A DNA stretch of 64,000 nucleotides from Mytilus californianus. Its lineage: Eukaryota. Positions 23,913-36,110 of this stretch are shown here, piece by piece (the first letter of the stretch is position 1; each line of letters starts with the position of its first letter). Both the position numbers and the translations under genes were made by a program. The stretch lies in NCBI RefSeq assembly GCF_021869535.1, contig NW_026262734.1, positions 65,782,001 through 65,846,000 on the forward strand, read 5' to 3'. The notes under the pieces are model-generated. The model worked only from the letters and a program-made list of their open reading frames with translations. It was not told where the DNA came from and did not search any database.

Positions 23913-26900
23913 CATAATAATATAATAATAATAATAATAATAATAAATTCTTTATTTAAAGAGGGTAACTCAATTAGAAGTAGTCTAATTTTCATTGAGG
24001 CCCTCAAACAAAATACATGTATACATTTAACATTCATACATTCGATTCATACATTAAAATACAATATATATTACTAGTATATACACAATTCAATCATTCA
24101 AACATACAAATGGCAATAAATGGCAATAATTGGTAAAGTTTTTATTAAATTTTCTTATACTTACAATAAAAGAAAGAAAACAAATTAATCTACTTGCATA
24201 GAATTTTCAAGAAAATGATTATAACAATGTTTCTTAAATAATTCCACATTTCGACAATTTTTTATTTTGAGTGGTAAATTATTCCATACCTTTGTTGCAG
24301 AATAATGAAAAGATTTTTTATAAAAATTTGTATTTGGTCTTGGAACAAATAGATCATTATTAGAGACAGATCGTAAGTTGTGGTGTTGCACATCATTAAT
24401 ATTTAGCATTGTTAAGTAATCAGGTGTTAGTCCATTTACAATTTTATACATTAGAATTGATTGTTGGTATTTTATTCTTTTTGTAAAAGATAGCCATTTT
24501 AAAGACGAAAACATAAAATTAGATGGAACAGAAATATCGCATTCAAGTATAATTCTTGCTACTCTTTTTTGAAGTTTTATGATTCTATCTGAATCTTTTT
24601 GTAATAAATTTCCTCAAACTGAACTACAATAGTCTATATATGGTAGAATATATGCATTATAAAATAGTTGTCTTGTGTGTATAGGCAAATATACTTTGAT
24701 TTTAAACAAAAGTGATATTTTAGATGAGATAGTCTTGCATATACGATCAACATGATCCTCCCAGATTAAATTTTCATCAATGTCAATTCCAAGTAATTTG
24801 AAAGAATGGACATTTTCAATACATGTTTCATTGACGGTAATACATAATTCTGATAGTTGTGTAAGTTTTTGTTTTGTTTTCATACACTTTGTTTTTTGTG
24901 CATTAATTTTCATACTGTTATTGTTACACCAAGATTGTATAGCATTTAAATCATTTTGCAATATGCTGTTTATTTTTTCAATGTTTTTATTATGAAAATG
25001 CAATGTTGAATCATCAGCATATAAATCCATGTCGGATTGTTTAACATGAAGTGGTAAATCATTTATATAAATTAAAAATAACAGAGGATCTAAAATAGAA
25101 CCTTGCGGCACTCCATATTTTACAAACGATTTATCAGATTTAATGTTAGCGTATTGAACTTCTTGTTGTCTCTCAGACAAATATGATTTTATCCAATCTA
25201 TCGAATGTTCTCCGATATGATAAAATTTTAACTTTTCTAAAAGTATGGCATGGTTAATAAGGTCAAAAGCCTTACTGAAATCTAAAAACACAGTACCAAC
25301 TATTTCTCCATTGTCTAAATATTTTAACCATTCATCGATTAGTTTAGTCAGCGCTGTTTGGCATGAATGACCTTGCCTGAAACCTGACTGAGCGATATGT
25401 AACAATTTTTTATTATTTAAGAATGCATATATATATAACTGTGTACATACATGTCTCTCAAAAACTTTAGATATGGTATTTCAAATAGAAATTGGACGAT
25501 AATTGGAGGGAATATCTGTTGGTCCTCCTTTATGTATAGCAGTTACTCTTGCAATTTTTAATTTTTGCGGAAAACGATTCGACGTTATACTTTTGTTTAT
25601 TAGAAAAGTTAGTGATGGCGATATTATCTCTGCACTTAGCTTTAAAAGTTTTGGACCAATTCCATCTAAACCTGCGGATTTATTAATATTAAGGTGTTTT
25701 AGTTGTGAACACACCTCTCCAACAGAAATGAGTTTTAATTTAAAAATTTCAGTTTCCTTTAATTTTGTACTAGTAAAAGTTTGTAGCTTAGAAAAATCCA
25801 TATCTGAAGTATTATTTCCAATAAGTTTTTCAGCTACGGAAGAAAAATGAACATTTAGTGTATTAACAATATCTTTGGGGTTATAAACAGTTTGATTTTC
25901 ATACTGCATTTTAGGTGGAAAAATATTATCCATTTTTGGATTTAACTCTTTAATGTGATTCCAAAGTTCTTTACTATTCTTGGAACTAGATATAGCGTTT
26001 TGATAATATTCCTTTTTTGCATTAAATATTAACGACGTTGTTTTATTACGCCACTTTTTAAAGTTTACCCAATCTTTTTTTGAATGATACATATTTCTGT
26101 ATTGAATGGAATTTTTAATTTCTTCATTGAACCATTCGGCTTGTTTAAATGGTTTTACTCTTTTAGTTTTCATTGGTGCGTGCTTGTTGATAACTTGATT
26201 AAAAAGTTCATACCATTTGTCGACAGAAATATCAATATCTTCTTCCATTTCAACAATATGAAAAGGGGTTTGATGTAAGTCTGCACAAAAGGCATCCTCA
26301 TTAAAGTTTTTGAAACACCTATACTTTATTTCGATATGATTTTCTTTCTTTACCTTTATATTGATTTTTCTATTTAAGCATACAGGGTAGTGGTCACTTA
26401 AAGCATATGAAGGAACATGACAATGAGCAATATTTTCAGGATTAGTAGTGTAAATATGATCAATAAGAGTTTCTGATTTGTCACAAATACGTGTTGCAGT
26501 GCAAATTTGTTGTTGAAGATTAAAATGGTTTATGAAATTCATCCATTTTCTATTTTCAATTTTTATCAAGTCAATATTAAAGTCCCTCATTAAAATGATC
26601 TCTTTGTTTTCTGAAAGAGCTGCGTTAAATTCATTTTCCTCCTCAAAAAGATCTATCCAGGACTTAAGGGAATTTGGTGGTCTATAAACAGTACAAATGA
26701 AGAAAGGTTTAGATTTTGGAAATTCTACCTCTAACCATAAAGTTTCTAATGTGTTTATTGATAAATCAGATCTATTTTTAACTGCAATAGAATCTTTGAC
26801 ATAAACCAATAGACCACCACCATCCTTACTCTGGCGATCTTTTCTGAAAATTTAGTATCCTGGCACTTTACGTACATTGTTCATTGTTGATATCAGGTTT

Positions 26901-27578
26901 TAAGAATGTTTCAACTAATCCAAATAAATCTAAATATTTGTTGTTTATAGTAATTATATTCTTTAACTCGTCAAATTTAGATAAAATATGTCTAACATTA
27001 AGGCATACAGCATTGAAACCTTTACATTTTAGATTAAGACAGGCTTTTTTTATAATAAAATTGAGAATGGACCTATAATGTTTGTTTCTATCACTTTTAG
27101 GTTTTGAGCTAAAGCTATTAGTGCACATACCGTTTTCTGATGTATGACAATTTTCCCTTGATTTTTTGTTTTTAAAAATCTCAGCTTCAGACATAGAGTT
27201 TTGAGTACATATACATTTTGATGTATTGCAATTTGGACATAAATAGAGAAGTATATCAAAATTGTTATGAAGAAGTAATGATTTACTATGATTTGAGAAT
27301 TTGTCTACAAATTGAAATACATCAGTTTTATCCTAAAATGTGTGACAGTCTTTATAATGATGACCATAAAAGACACAATTAAAGCAGATACCATTGAATG
27401 TATTTACAATGCTTTGTCTTTTACCATGCTGTTCATTATTTTCATTATTGGACTGAGAACTATTTGTGCGGATGAAGATGTTTACAACCCTGTTAATGTG
27501 TCTAAGTAGCTGAATTGTACCCTGATTAGTAAGGTGTATGCCATCATGGTGATAGTAAGTAGACACAAGATCGCCGCC
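23913..27578 (-). mobile_element. CR1/L2-type non-LTR retrotransposon, 5'-truncated and degenerate
   Basis: APE motifs (LNVRHI, LVETFL, VYRPPN, DFNIDL, IDHIY, SDHYPV) and RT motifs (QSGFRQGHS, LDFSKAFD, GVPQGSIL, YADD) are spread over ORFs 26868..27194, 25481..26809, 24614..25405 and 24185..24514, with frameshifts and stops. On the minus strand AATAAA is followed by a (TTA)n tail at 23913-23955. Confidence 0.93.
27333..27578 (-). pseudogene. LINE ORF1 C-terminal remnant (SGNH-esterase-like DGIH motif plus CCHC knuckle)
   Basis: The peptide ..YHHDGIHLTNQG..CFNCVFYGHHYKDC contains C-x2-C-x4-H-x4-C and lies directly upstream of ORF2. Confidence 0.7.
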
Positions 27579-27849
27579 ACGTTCGTGTAACGTTAAGGTC
27601 CAAAATAACATAACAGGAACCAATCCACAATTAACGTTCATTGAACGTTATGTGTTTAGTGGGTACTTGTACAAGTTAAAAAGATAATTAGCCCAAATGT
27701 AAACCTGACTACAACATTTATAGCCCTATTGATATCATGGTAACGCTTATGATTTAGCCCAAATGTCTTGCGCCCTTTATTATATGAAAAGTTTTCATGT
27801 CAACTTTATAGCATCACTCACTTTTGACTGTTACACACACCCACAGCTG

Positions 27850-28080
27850 TGTGATAGCGTGGTGACCCGTGTGTGTTGGAGGTGTTGGTTCAATCTCCAG
27901 CCAAAGACTTCAATATGTATATTTTCTGCTTCTACGGTAAACACGTAACAAATAGGAGTAAGAGCAAAATCTATTCGGCTCTAAATCAGAATAAAGTAGG
28001 TGACATATGTTTTCCTGGTGACGTGAAAATCCAGCATAGAGTGTATGACTATAGCTAGTACAAATCAGGAGTTACATTCA
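27850..28080 (+). mobile_element. Probable degenerate tRNA-derived SINE
   Basis: A-box-like tagcgtggtg (27855) and B-box-like ggttcaatc (27887), followed by a body with ggagtaagagcaaa that resembles mollusc SINE central domains (from recall, not verified). Confidence 0.5.
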
Positions 28081-28389
28081 CATATTTACATGTACCTGAC
28101 CTGCTATGCTTGAAATATTTTTAACTGGACCAATCCATCCATGAAACCGTTACGTACACTGTTGTGGGCAGTGATTTACAGATTTCCTCTTGTGATTAAA
28201 ACAAAACCTGGTCAGCTGAACATTGTTTAATTATACATCATATTATTTTCTTGTTTAAATATACCATTAATACAAAAATGTCAGTATTCACCTCAAAAGC
28301 TAACAAAACCTTTAAACAGACTTATTAAGAAGGGATATTGTTACGATACTGTTGTCAGGTCATTAAAGATTGCATATTTTGGCTTTGAT

Positions 28390-29066
28390 ATTGATTCAAT
28401 TATAGGGTCTTTGCATCGGAATTAAACATATTTATTCTAAAACCAGTTGTTGGCATGACACGGGTTATGTTCTTCACATATATTTTATGATGGTATAATA
28501 CTAAACCCCTAACAGGAGGGATTGTGCCTGATATTCATATGATGAAGACATAATCTTTCAATCAGTTTAATTGAGGTCTGGAGCTGGCATGTCAGTAACT
28601 GCTAGTAGTCTGTTGTTATTTATATATTATTGTCATTTTGTTTATTTTCTTTTGTTTCCTATTCTGACATCGGACTCGGACTTCTCTTAAACTGAGTTTT
28701 ACTGTGCGTACTGTTGTACGTTTGTTTTTTCTACATTGGCTAGAGGTATAGGGGGAGGATTGAGGTCTCAAAAAACATGTTTAACCCCGCCGCATTTTTG
28801 CGCCTGTCCCAAGTCAGGAGCCTCTGGCCTTTGTTAGTCTTGTATCATTTTTAATTTTAGTTTCTTGTGTATAATTTGGAGTTTAGTATGACGTCCATTA
28901 TCACTGAACTAGTATTCATATTTGTTTAGGGGCCAGCTGAAGGACGCCTCCGGGTGCGAGAGTTTCTCGCTGCATTGAAGACCCATTGGTGGCCTTCGGC
29001 TGTTGTCTGCTCTATGGTCGGGTTGTTGTCTCTTTGACACATTCCCCATTTCCATTCTCAATTTTA
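28390..29066 (+). repeat. Interspersed repeat family B, longer copy
   Basis: Ends ..ggttgttgtctctttgacacattccccatttccattctcaatttt and matches 10470-10860. Confidence 0.85.
28739..28828 (+). ncRNA. Candidate twister ribozyme (family B), one T2 mismatch
   Basis: Same layout as 10708-10797, with a 9-bp P5. GAGGG reads GAGGA at 28755-28759. Predicted scissile bond 28782/28783. Confidence 0.6.
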
Positions 29067-29899
29067 TCATTAATACAAAGCCGTTAAAAAAACCTGTCAG
29101 TTGAAATTTAATGAAACAAAATTATATGTAGTGGCATCGTACCCATTTTCTATTATTTTCTACTTAGATCAGGATTTTGTATGACGTTTAATATTTGTAA
29201 TTTGTTTTAGTAAGATTTTATTTACAGATAGATTTTTGGTATTCGTTATAATCTGGCGGCTGCTTACAGAATGTCTAGTACGTACAATACTTATCATATT
29301 ATCTAATAATAACATTAACGACATCAATTTTATTGTCCCAGAGAAGCATTTAAAAAATTTGAAAGTCCAAAACCTAATACAAACGTGAAAGAGCTCATAT
29401 AAAACTACAAAGTAAAGCCAAACACTTACACGGAACCAGTATATATAACAACTCTTATTATATGATTTGATTTTTTTATTAAGGTCAAATAAAGTAAATT
29501 TAAAATGCTACGTTATTTTTCACGACATTTGAAACAGTATTGTTCAAGTAAAATGATATAGCAAAACGTAAACTATGAAAAAAATATTTAGAGGTTGATA
29601 GAGTACTTTTGTGATTGTTGATCAATTTAGTACAAATATTTACATAAGAGAAGAATAATGAATTAAATAAGATAATAATGTATTTTAAATGAACCACTTG
29701 ATATTTCTACACAAATATATAATAATGTAATGTTGTGTACAAGTAGTAATTCAGTACCAATTATACAAATTTCGTTCAGACATTTGGCGCCATCTATCAT
29801 TATTTCGAAACTATATACTGTTCTTCTAAGTAATAGAAGGTTATCTTGAATAATTAACCAGCTTGATGTTTAAACCGTAAATGTATGTGTTTTATAACT

Positions 29900-30130
29900 T
29901 CAGCATAACATTCAGTCAGCAAATATTAAATCCACTTTGAGGACGAGAACATGCCAATGTCAAGATCATGAAACCTGCTTGGTTCTTAACTGACACTTTC
30001 TTACCGTGCTAGCTTCCAGTGTACCAGGCAACAAGTAGACATGTCAACCTAAATGCCGAGTGAAGATGCATCAAATTCCAAATTTAAAAGTCTTTTACTT
30101 GACACTGCCGGGGATCGAATCTTCGACCAT
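29900..30130 (-). mobile_element. Possible degenerate tRNA-derived SINE
   Basis: Minus strand gattcgatccccgg (B-box-like), followed by aaagact..aaatt.g..atttg.tgc, similar to the 27850 element. Confidence 0.4.
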
Positions 30131-31797
30131 CTTAATTTGAGTGAATCAAAGTGCTGTTGGAGTAGAAAGCATACAATTAATCTTCCAATCTTGGCGCCAA
30201 CGTTGATGATTTAGTACAAATAGACAAAAAATAGGAAAAACAAATTAAGAGTACAATGATTACACAAACCTGTATCTGTTAACCGAATCCTTGCGGCTTT
30301 GTTATGGCTCCGATGTGTAGATTACACTCTCCTGTATTGGCACTGTTTGGAATTATTTGCAACAAGATATAACTTTAAAGACCCAAGGAAGTGTTCCTTG
30401 TAGAAACTGAATAAAACATGACTGAAAATTAGGAGAAAAAGGGGATGCCGTTTTGGGATAAAAAAAATCAAATAAAATCGATATGAACAGATGACCATTA
30501 ATGTAAATTTTAAACTATCCCAAAAAAAGATGCACCGCAAAGAATGGCTAAATGCAACGTTCGTTTGTTTGTCAGTTTTTTCAAATGTTATCACGGCCAA
30601 TGAAAAAGTCACGACAACTTTGTTTACAATAATACAAAAGAAAGAAAACAGGAATCCAAAAAATATTGCCATCAGTTTGGCAGTTCAAAATACCAAACAA
30701 TCCACCAAACACACGTCTCTACTGATGGGCATATAATGCAGGTCGTCTTTTATGGAGAAGATATTGAATGTGTTCAGCAAAAATACAATACAATTCCAGA
30801 ACGTGCAATTTTGTTTCGATGCTGTACTATTACACTACTGTCCTAGATTAGGAGGGTTGGGGTCTGTGATCTTACAAACATGTTTAACATTTACAACCTT
30901 GTCCTGCTGCGTTTGTTTGATAGTTGTCTTATTTGAAGTCCTCCCACTTCCCTATTTTGATATTTACCCCGAATAAAATTTTATAATGTTTGTCCCAGGC
31001 CAGAAACCTGTATTATGGTTACCGTCTGTCATAATTGTTTCCGTTCAATTTTATAGGCATAAGTCAGTTCCCTTTTTTTTAAATGTCTCACAATTTGTTA
31101 TCTCGGTGCCTTTGTAGCTTACTTACTTTACGGTATGGTTTATGGTCATTGTTGAATCCCGTACCGCGACATATAGCTATTAACTTAAATTCTTGTCCTT
31201 TTGTCTTTTATTACAGTTGGTTTTTTTTTGTTGTCTCTAATGTATAGTTGTCCCATTTGCGATCATTCCATATATCTTTTTATAGCTATCTTTATTATCG
31301 TGTATGTTTATGATTGTTGATTGTCCAGAAGCTTTCGTATAAACGCCTTCAGGACTAATATACTGTCTCAAAAAATGACGGACAACATATTGATTGATTG
31401 TTTGTCTAAGGTGCAGTGACAAATATTTCATGAATTTCTGGACGAAAAAACAGTTAAAACAATAAAATAATTATATATTTTTTTGGAAAGTTGGTAGACA
31501 GAGACGAAGAACACAAAATATGAAGTGACACTAGAAAAGAAGGTTTACATTTTTGGAAAGAAAAATTGACTTTGTATTAGACCACATATCACAGCAACCC
31601 TTCAATGAAATGAAAGGCTTCGTTAACTTCTTAAACAAGGCTGTGTATTTGTACCGGCATTCTTCAGTCAGCCCAATATGAGACGGATCTTACTTGGGGA
31701 CGGAGGAAGTTTATGCGACTTTTTATATACTTCTGTCACCTTTTGGGTGTTTTATAAGCAAATAATACATTTTACATAATGTTGTATAACGTGGTAT

Positions 31798-31829
31798 CAG
31801 AGACATATAATACGTATTATATGTCTCTG
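31798..31829. mobile_element. 32-bp perfect palindrome flanked by 7-bp TSD (micro-MITE, P- or hAT-like)
   Basis: GTGGTAT|CAGAGACATATAATAC GTATTATATGTCTCTG|GTGGTAT. Confidence 0.8.
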
Positions 31830-32384
31830 GTGGTATGGTACGGTTTTACCACAGCTTATAACATCCTGTTAATAAAATAATGCGAAAAGCTATAATATTT
31901 ACTTTTATACTCTTCATTTAGAAATTCTCAGGAAACTAAGGTTCAAACTCTCGCGTTCAAAGTTGACCTTAGCATGATTCAGTTATTCTCTTTATGTCCC
32001 TTTTTGTCATAAAGCGCCTCGAGTGTTCATATATATATAATTACATTATATGAATACTTCATTATTTTACGTTAATCTCAACAGCAATCTCGCGTCATTC
32101 TGAAATTAACCTTCATTTCAAAATGAAATGTAACATTCATGATGACACGAGCTTCCACGATAAAGTGCACAGGTAAATAAAAGAAAAACTTGATAGAAAT
32201 CGTGTTTTCGTGATCCTAGCAAAAACATGTAATTATAAGTATTGAATGCTTCTTTTAGTAATTTTATAGGGTTGTAAAAGCGTTGACCGTGCGCACATTT
32301 TTAGAATAAAGCGCTTCCGCTTTTACACCCTAATAAATTTACAAAAAGAAGCATTCGATTCTTAGTATTTATTTTGGGGGTCGG

Positions 32385-32426
32385 GCATTCCTGATGAAGG
32401 TTTATAAAGTAAAGCGTTTTTGACGC
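32385..32426 (+). ncRNA. Decayed type I hammerhead remnant
   Basis: GCATTC CTGATGA AGGTTTATAAA GTAA AGCGTT TT TGACGC. The GAAA box is mutated and the stems are imperfect. Confidence 0.35.
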
Positions 32427-33435
32427 ACCAAATTTATAAAGTGTTACATTTATTTCCATTTTCATTGAAATTCAATCCTTTGGACATAGAACCATATACA
32501 CTTTTACAACTTTATCAAGTCCTGTAAAATATCCCTTTACATGCTTGTTTGTTTGATGTTTACTAGATGCTGCATTAGTTATTAAGCGTCGAGTATTTTG
32601 TTTTCGAATGCAATATATGCTATGTTTACACTTTTTTATTATCACATTCAAATAAGTATTTACACGGCATACATATAGGGTAGATAGTGGTGTACAACGG
32701 TCAGATAACTCGCTGATTATAATTATATAGTGATATGAAATATTGTAAATTTAGATAATTATCTAATACAGAACGCGTGAAAGTCATGCACTTCTAATAT
32801 GGATTACGAGTAGCTAAAACATGTGACCTCAGTAAACACGATGACACTGCTAAAGTTGACCTCTACACATGTGGATATTTATATTTTATCTTGGCGTCTA
32901 ACCTTATGACATCGTTTTTTTACTTATACCGATGTATGGTAACGTTTGCTAATGTACCGGGAAAATTGACAGAAGTAAGCTCAGCTATAATGTGAATGTT
33001 TTCGACAAGGTGTAATTAAAAATTTCAATTGACAATATTTTGCCGTTACCGATATTTTACAATTTTTCGGAGTTTATGATATCGTGATTTCCGGACTGAT
33101 GAGCAATTCTATCCAGATATAGTGTTGCTAGTTTTCTGACATAGTATTGCCATCTTCTCTAGTATAGTTTTTCGTGATTTGTGCCAATGTGTTTCCAGTT
33201 TTTCTGACAAACGTATTCTTTGAGATTTATGTTCCTTTTCTTTCTACATTGTGTTGCCGTAACTTTTTTGACATTATTGCCACGATTTCTCTGGCATTAC
33301 GGTACCGTCAAGTTTACATGCATGTTTTGTATGTATCGTTTACATCTCGTAAACATTAGTTTAAATCCTGGAATTGTATTCTTGTTGGATTACCGCAAGT
33401 TTTTATTAGCTTATACTTAAAATACGAAACAAATC

Positions 33436-34380
33436 ATGGATACCAAAATGCGTCGCATGTCTCCACTGGAAGACGAAACCGGATTGGTTGACATGGATGA
33501 GGGTGACGCTAAAGGAAGAAAGAGAAAATTGCAAATGAACTTCGGGGCTCTATGTGTCATCTGGTTATTCACATTTACAGCATATTCTGGTTTACAAAAT
33601 CTAGAAACCGCGCTGTATCAGGATGTAGGGTTGTATACCTTAGCTGCGTTGACAGGTGGCGGTGTCATCGCATGTCTTTTAGCACCGACAGCTATCAGTT
33701 ACATCGGATCCAAAGGAGCACTTATTGTATCTTGGATATGTCTTTCATTCTTTGTAGCCGCTAATTTCTTTGGTTTTATAGGAAGTGGCTTTAAATATTT
33801 GCTTGTGGTTGCTGGCGGAGTTGAAGGTCTATCTACTGGATTAATGTGGACCGCACAAGGATCTATAACTACGACAATAGCCATGGAGTATCATGAAATA
33901 ATAGGGGAACCCATGGAGAAGACCCTAAGTACACTTTTTGGAATATTTTGTATGTTCTTTCAAAGTACTCAAGTGTGGGGTAATTTAATATCTTCTCTTG
34001 TTTTGCAACAAACCTCCCAAATTACAAAACACGAATCCAATTTCACATTCTGTGGAGCAGATTTCTGTCCATCAGATGTTCTGGCGTTGCGAGGAGGCAA
34101 GCACGGGAATGGCACTGGCGGGCCGTCAAGTTTGCCAGAACCTCGACTCATAAACATACTGACTGGGATATACTTAGGTTCTACGGCTGTCGGACTGTTG
34201 ATAACTATAGCCTTTCTAAAACCAGTGAAATCGTCAATGAGCGACAGTGGAGTGACACTTAAGGTCCGTCTCCTTTCCACTGTCCGTTTACTGTTTACCA
34301 ATCTGAACATGTTTATGCTGGTACCCTTCAGTTTGTATACTGGCATGGAACAAGTTGTGATGTATGCAGAATTTACAAAT
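33436..34380 (+). CDS. UNC93A: UNC93A-like MFS membrane protein, copy 1, exon 1 (315 codons)
   Basis: Contains the motifs FTAYSGLQNLE, GLMWTAQG, FGIF..FQSTQVWGNLISS and FCGADFCP, typical of the UNC-93 family. The donor AAT|gttagt is at 34380/34381. Confidence 0.88.
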
Positions 34381-35214
34381 GTTAGTAAAGTTTTTTTTAG
34401 GGGTTCGGTAGATTGGTGTCATTTAACTAAAAAAAACAAATTAAATATCAAAATAAGAACATGTGATATAATTGCACATGAGACAACTCTCCACCAGAGA
34501 CCAAATGACATAGAAGTTAACAGCTATAGGTCACCATACGGCCTTCAACAACGAGCAAAAACCCATACCGCATAGTAAGTTGTAAATGGCCCCGAAATGA
34601 CAAATGTAAAACAATTCAAACGATGATAACGGCAGTTTGCGAACCAAATACAAAAATCAATGTTCTCAGTGGGCTTGATGATTACCAGTAGTTGTTGGTT
34701 AGTCTGTAGTTGCTGTACATTAAGTAATGAATAACAGTATATATGTTAAATTTCTTTGCCTGTAACAGTCTGTTATTTATTGAAATTAAAGGGTCTGAAT
34801 GTTGTTTAATGAATATATTGATTGATTAATTGATTGATTGTTGGTTGCTTAACGTCCAGTGGCAAAATAATAGAGAATAATGGGCTAAAAAATTAAAGGA
34901 CAAAGACAAATGGGCCAAAAAATATTAATAGCGACAATTTGCCATAACAACTAAAGAATACAAAAATGAAGGACCTCCCCGATCTAAGCCCCCGTATTAC
35001 CTCACACCTGTGATCACGAATGCACATAGGAGGCATTGCTGACATTATACAAGTAATTCAACTTATACCGTTCATATGGGTCGTTTTGAACTTGTAGCAT
35101 GATTTGAGCTTTTGCTTGGTGTTAAAGTCCTCACTGTGACTTTAAGATGACGAACAGTCATAAGGGCGCTGTTTAAGTACGTGCCTAGATTTTTGCCATG
35201 CATTATTACACTAA

Positions 35215-36110
35215 AACTCTTTTTCTTAGCAAAATTATACCAACTTCACCTGCACATGGGATATACACTTCCCAACCCGTTCGGTATTCAAGAGGTTTCA
35301 GCTGCTACTCAGACTTTATAAAACGTCACCAGTGTCTGAGCAGAGAGTTGGTGAGCCAAGGTTATGCCAAAGAACGTCTCGTCCTTTTTCTAAAAAAGTT
35401 CATTGGAAGATACCAAGACCTTGTTGATAAATATTCCGTATCAACTTCATAAATAATACATGATGGTCTTGAAGTATAGATTCTAGGTACTGACGTTGTT
35501 TATCATCTTGATTATGTGTTATAGCGGTCTTTTTATTTGTCCTTGTATATTTTTAATCTTTACTGTTTAGTCCATTTTTGGTAATATATTTTGGCGTGGT
35601 TCGGTGCATCCCGCTATTGTGTTATTGTGCTATTGTCAATTTTGTATTCTTGTCTTTCATGTTTGCTTATGTACTTTGTCTATCGTGTGTCTTTATGCCA
35701 ATATGTTTTTCTAGTGATTAAGATTATATTACAATGTTGACTGCTGTACCCCAATTTTTGACATATACCTATTATGTCTGTTTGTTTTGCTCGCACATTG
35801 TTGTCAATATAATGGAATTCTATGCGACTGTCATACAAGTGAGAGGTTTAGCTAGCCATAAAACCAGGTTTAATCCACCATCTGTCAGCTGCCCTGGACT
35901 GCTTAGGGTTTATGTATTCCAGGTGATTTAAAATAAAAGATATTACTCACAAAAAAAAATCAACCATTTTCTATATAAGGAAATGCCTGTACCAAGTGAG
36001 GAATATGACAGTTGTTTTCCATTCGTTTGATGTATTTGAACTTTTGATTTTGCCATTTGATAAGGGACTTTCCGTTTTGAATTTTCCTTGGAGTTCGGTA
36101 TTTATTTTAT
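35215..36110 (+). mobile_element. Penelope-like RT C-terminus and 3' region (repeat family C) with a twister-like core
   Basis: The ORF 35198..35452 peptide (PAHGIYTSQPVRYSRG...KKFIGRYQDLVDKY) is homologous to the thumb region of the 40.1-40.7 kb RT. The frame closes about 35480. That the tail belongs to the same element is inferred from contiguity. Confidence 0.7.
35828..36011 (+). ncRNA. Twister-like core (family C), interrupted by an insertion of about 86 bp at P3
   Basis: P5 CTGTCATA(35828-35835)/TATGACAG(36004-36011), GAGGT 35843-35847, T^AA 35871-35873, ACC 35877-35879, GCCTGT ACC AAG T 35985-35997. Confidence 0.55.

Larger units (their letters stand above)
21479..27663. mobile_element. 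TA-flanked TIR element (CCCAC..GTGGG) hosting a minisatellite and the LINE
   Basis: TA|cccacaaaacacaaaaacgttca against tgaacgttatgtgtttagtggg|TA. AACGTT-rich subterminal blocks at 21490-21615, 23770-23912 and 27578-27650. Confidence 0.7.

Noticed and set aside
20651-27770. Outer TIR element defined by acatttgggctaat / attagcccaaatgt
   Set aside because: Only a 14-bp motif matches. There is no extended TIR or TSD.
27850-27900. tRNA genes at 27.85 kb and 30.1 kb
   Set aside because: The A/B-box-like motifs are present, but I could not build a cloverleaf. They are better explained as SINE heads.
30838-31030. Further family A twister-like copy
   Set aside because: Only GAGGG and AACATGTTTAA survive, and the rest is too decayed to model.
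34381-34575. C-terminal extension of ORF 33436..34575
   Set aside because: It lies past the GT donor and runs into a family A repeat tail. The same peptide appears in ORF 46119..46364.
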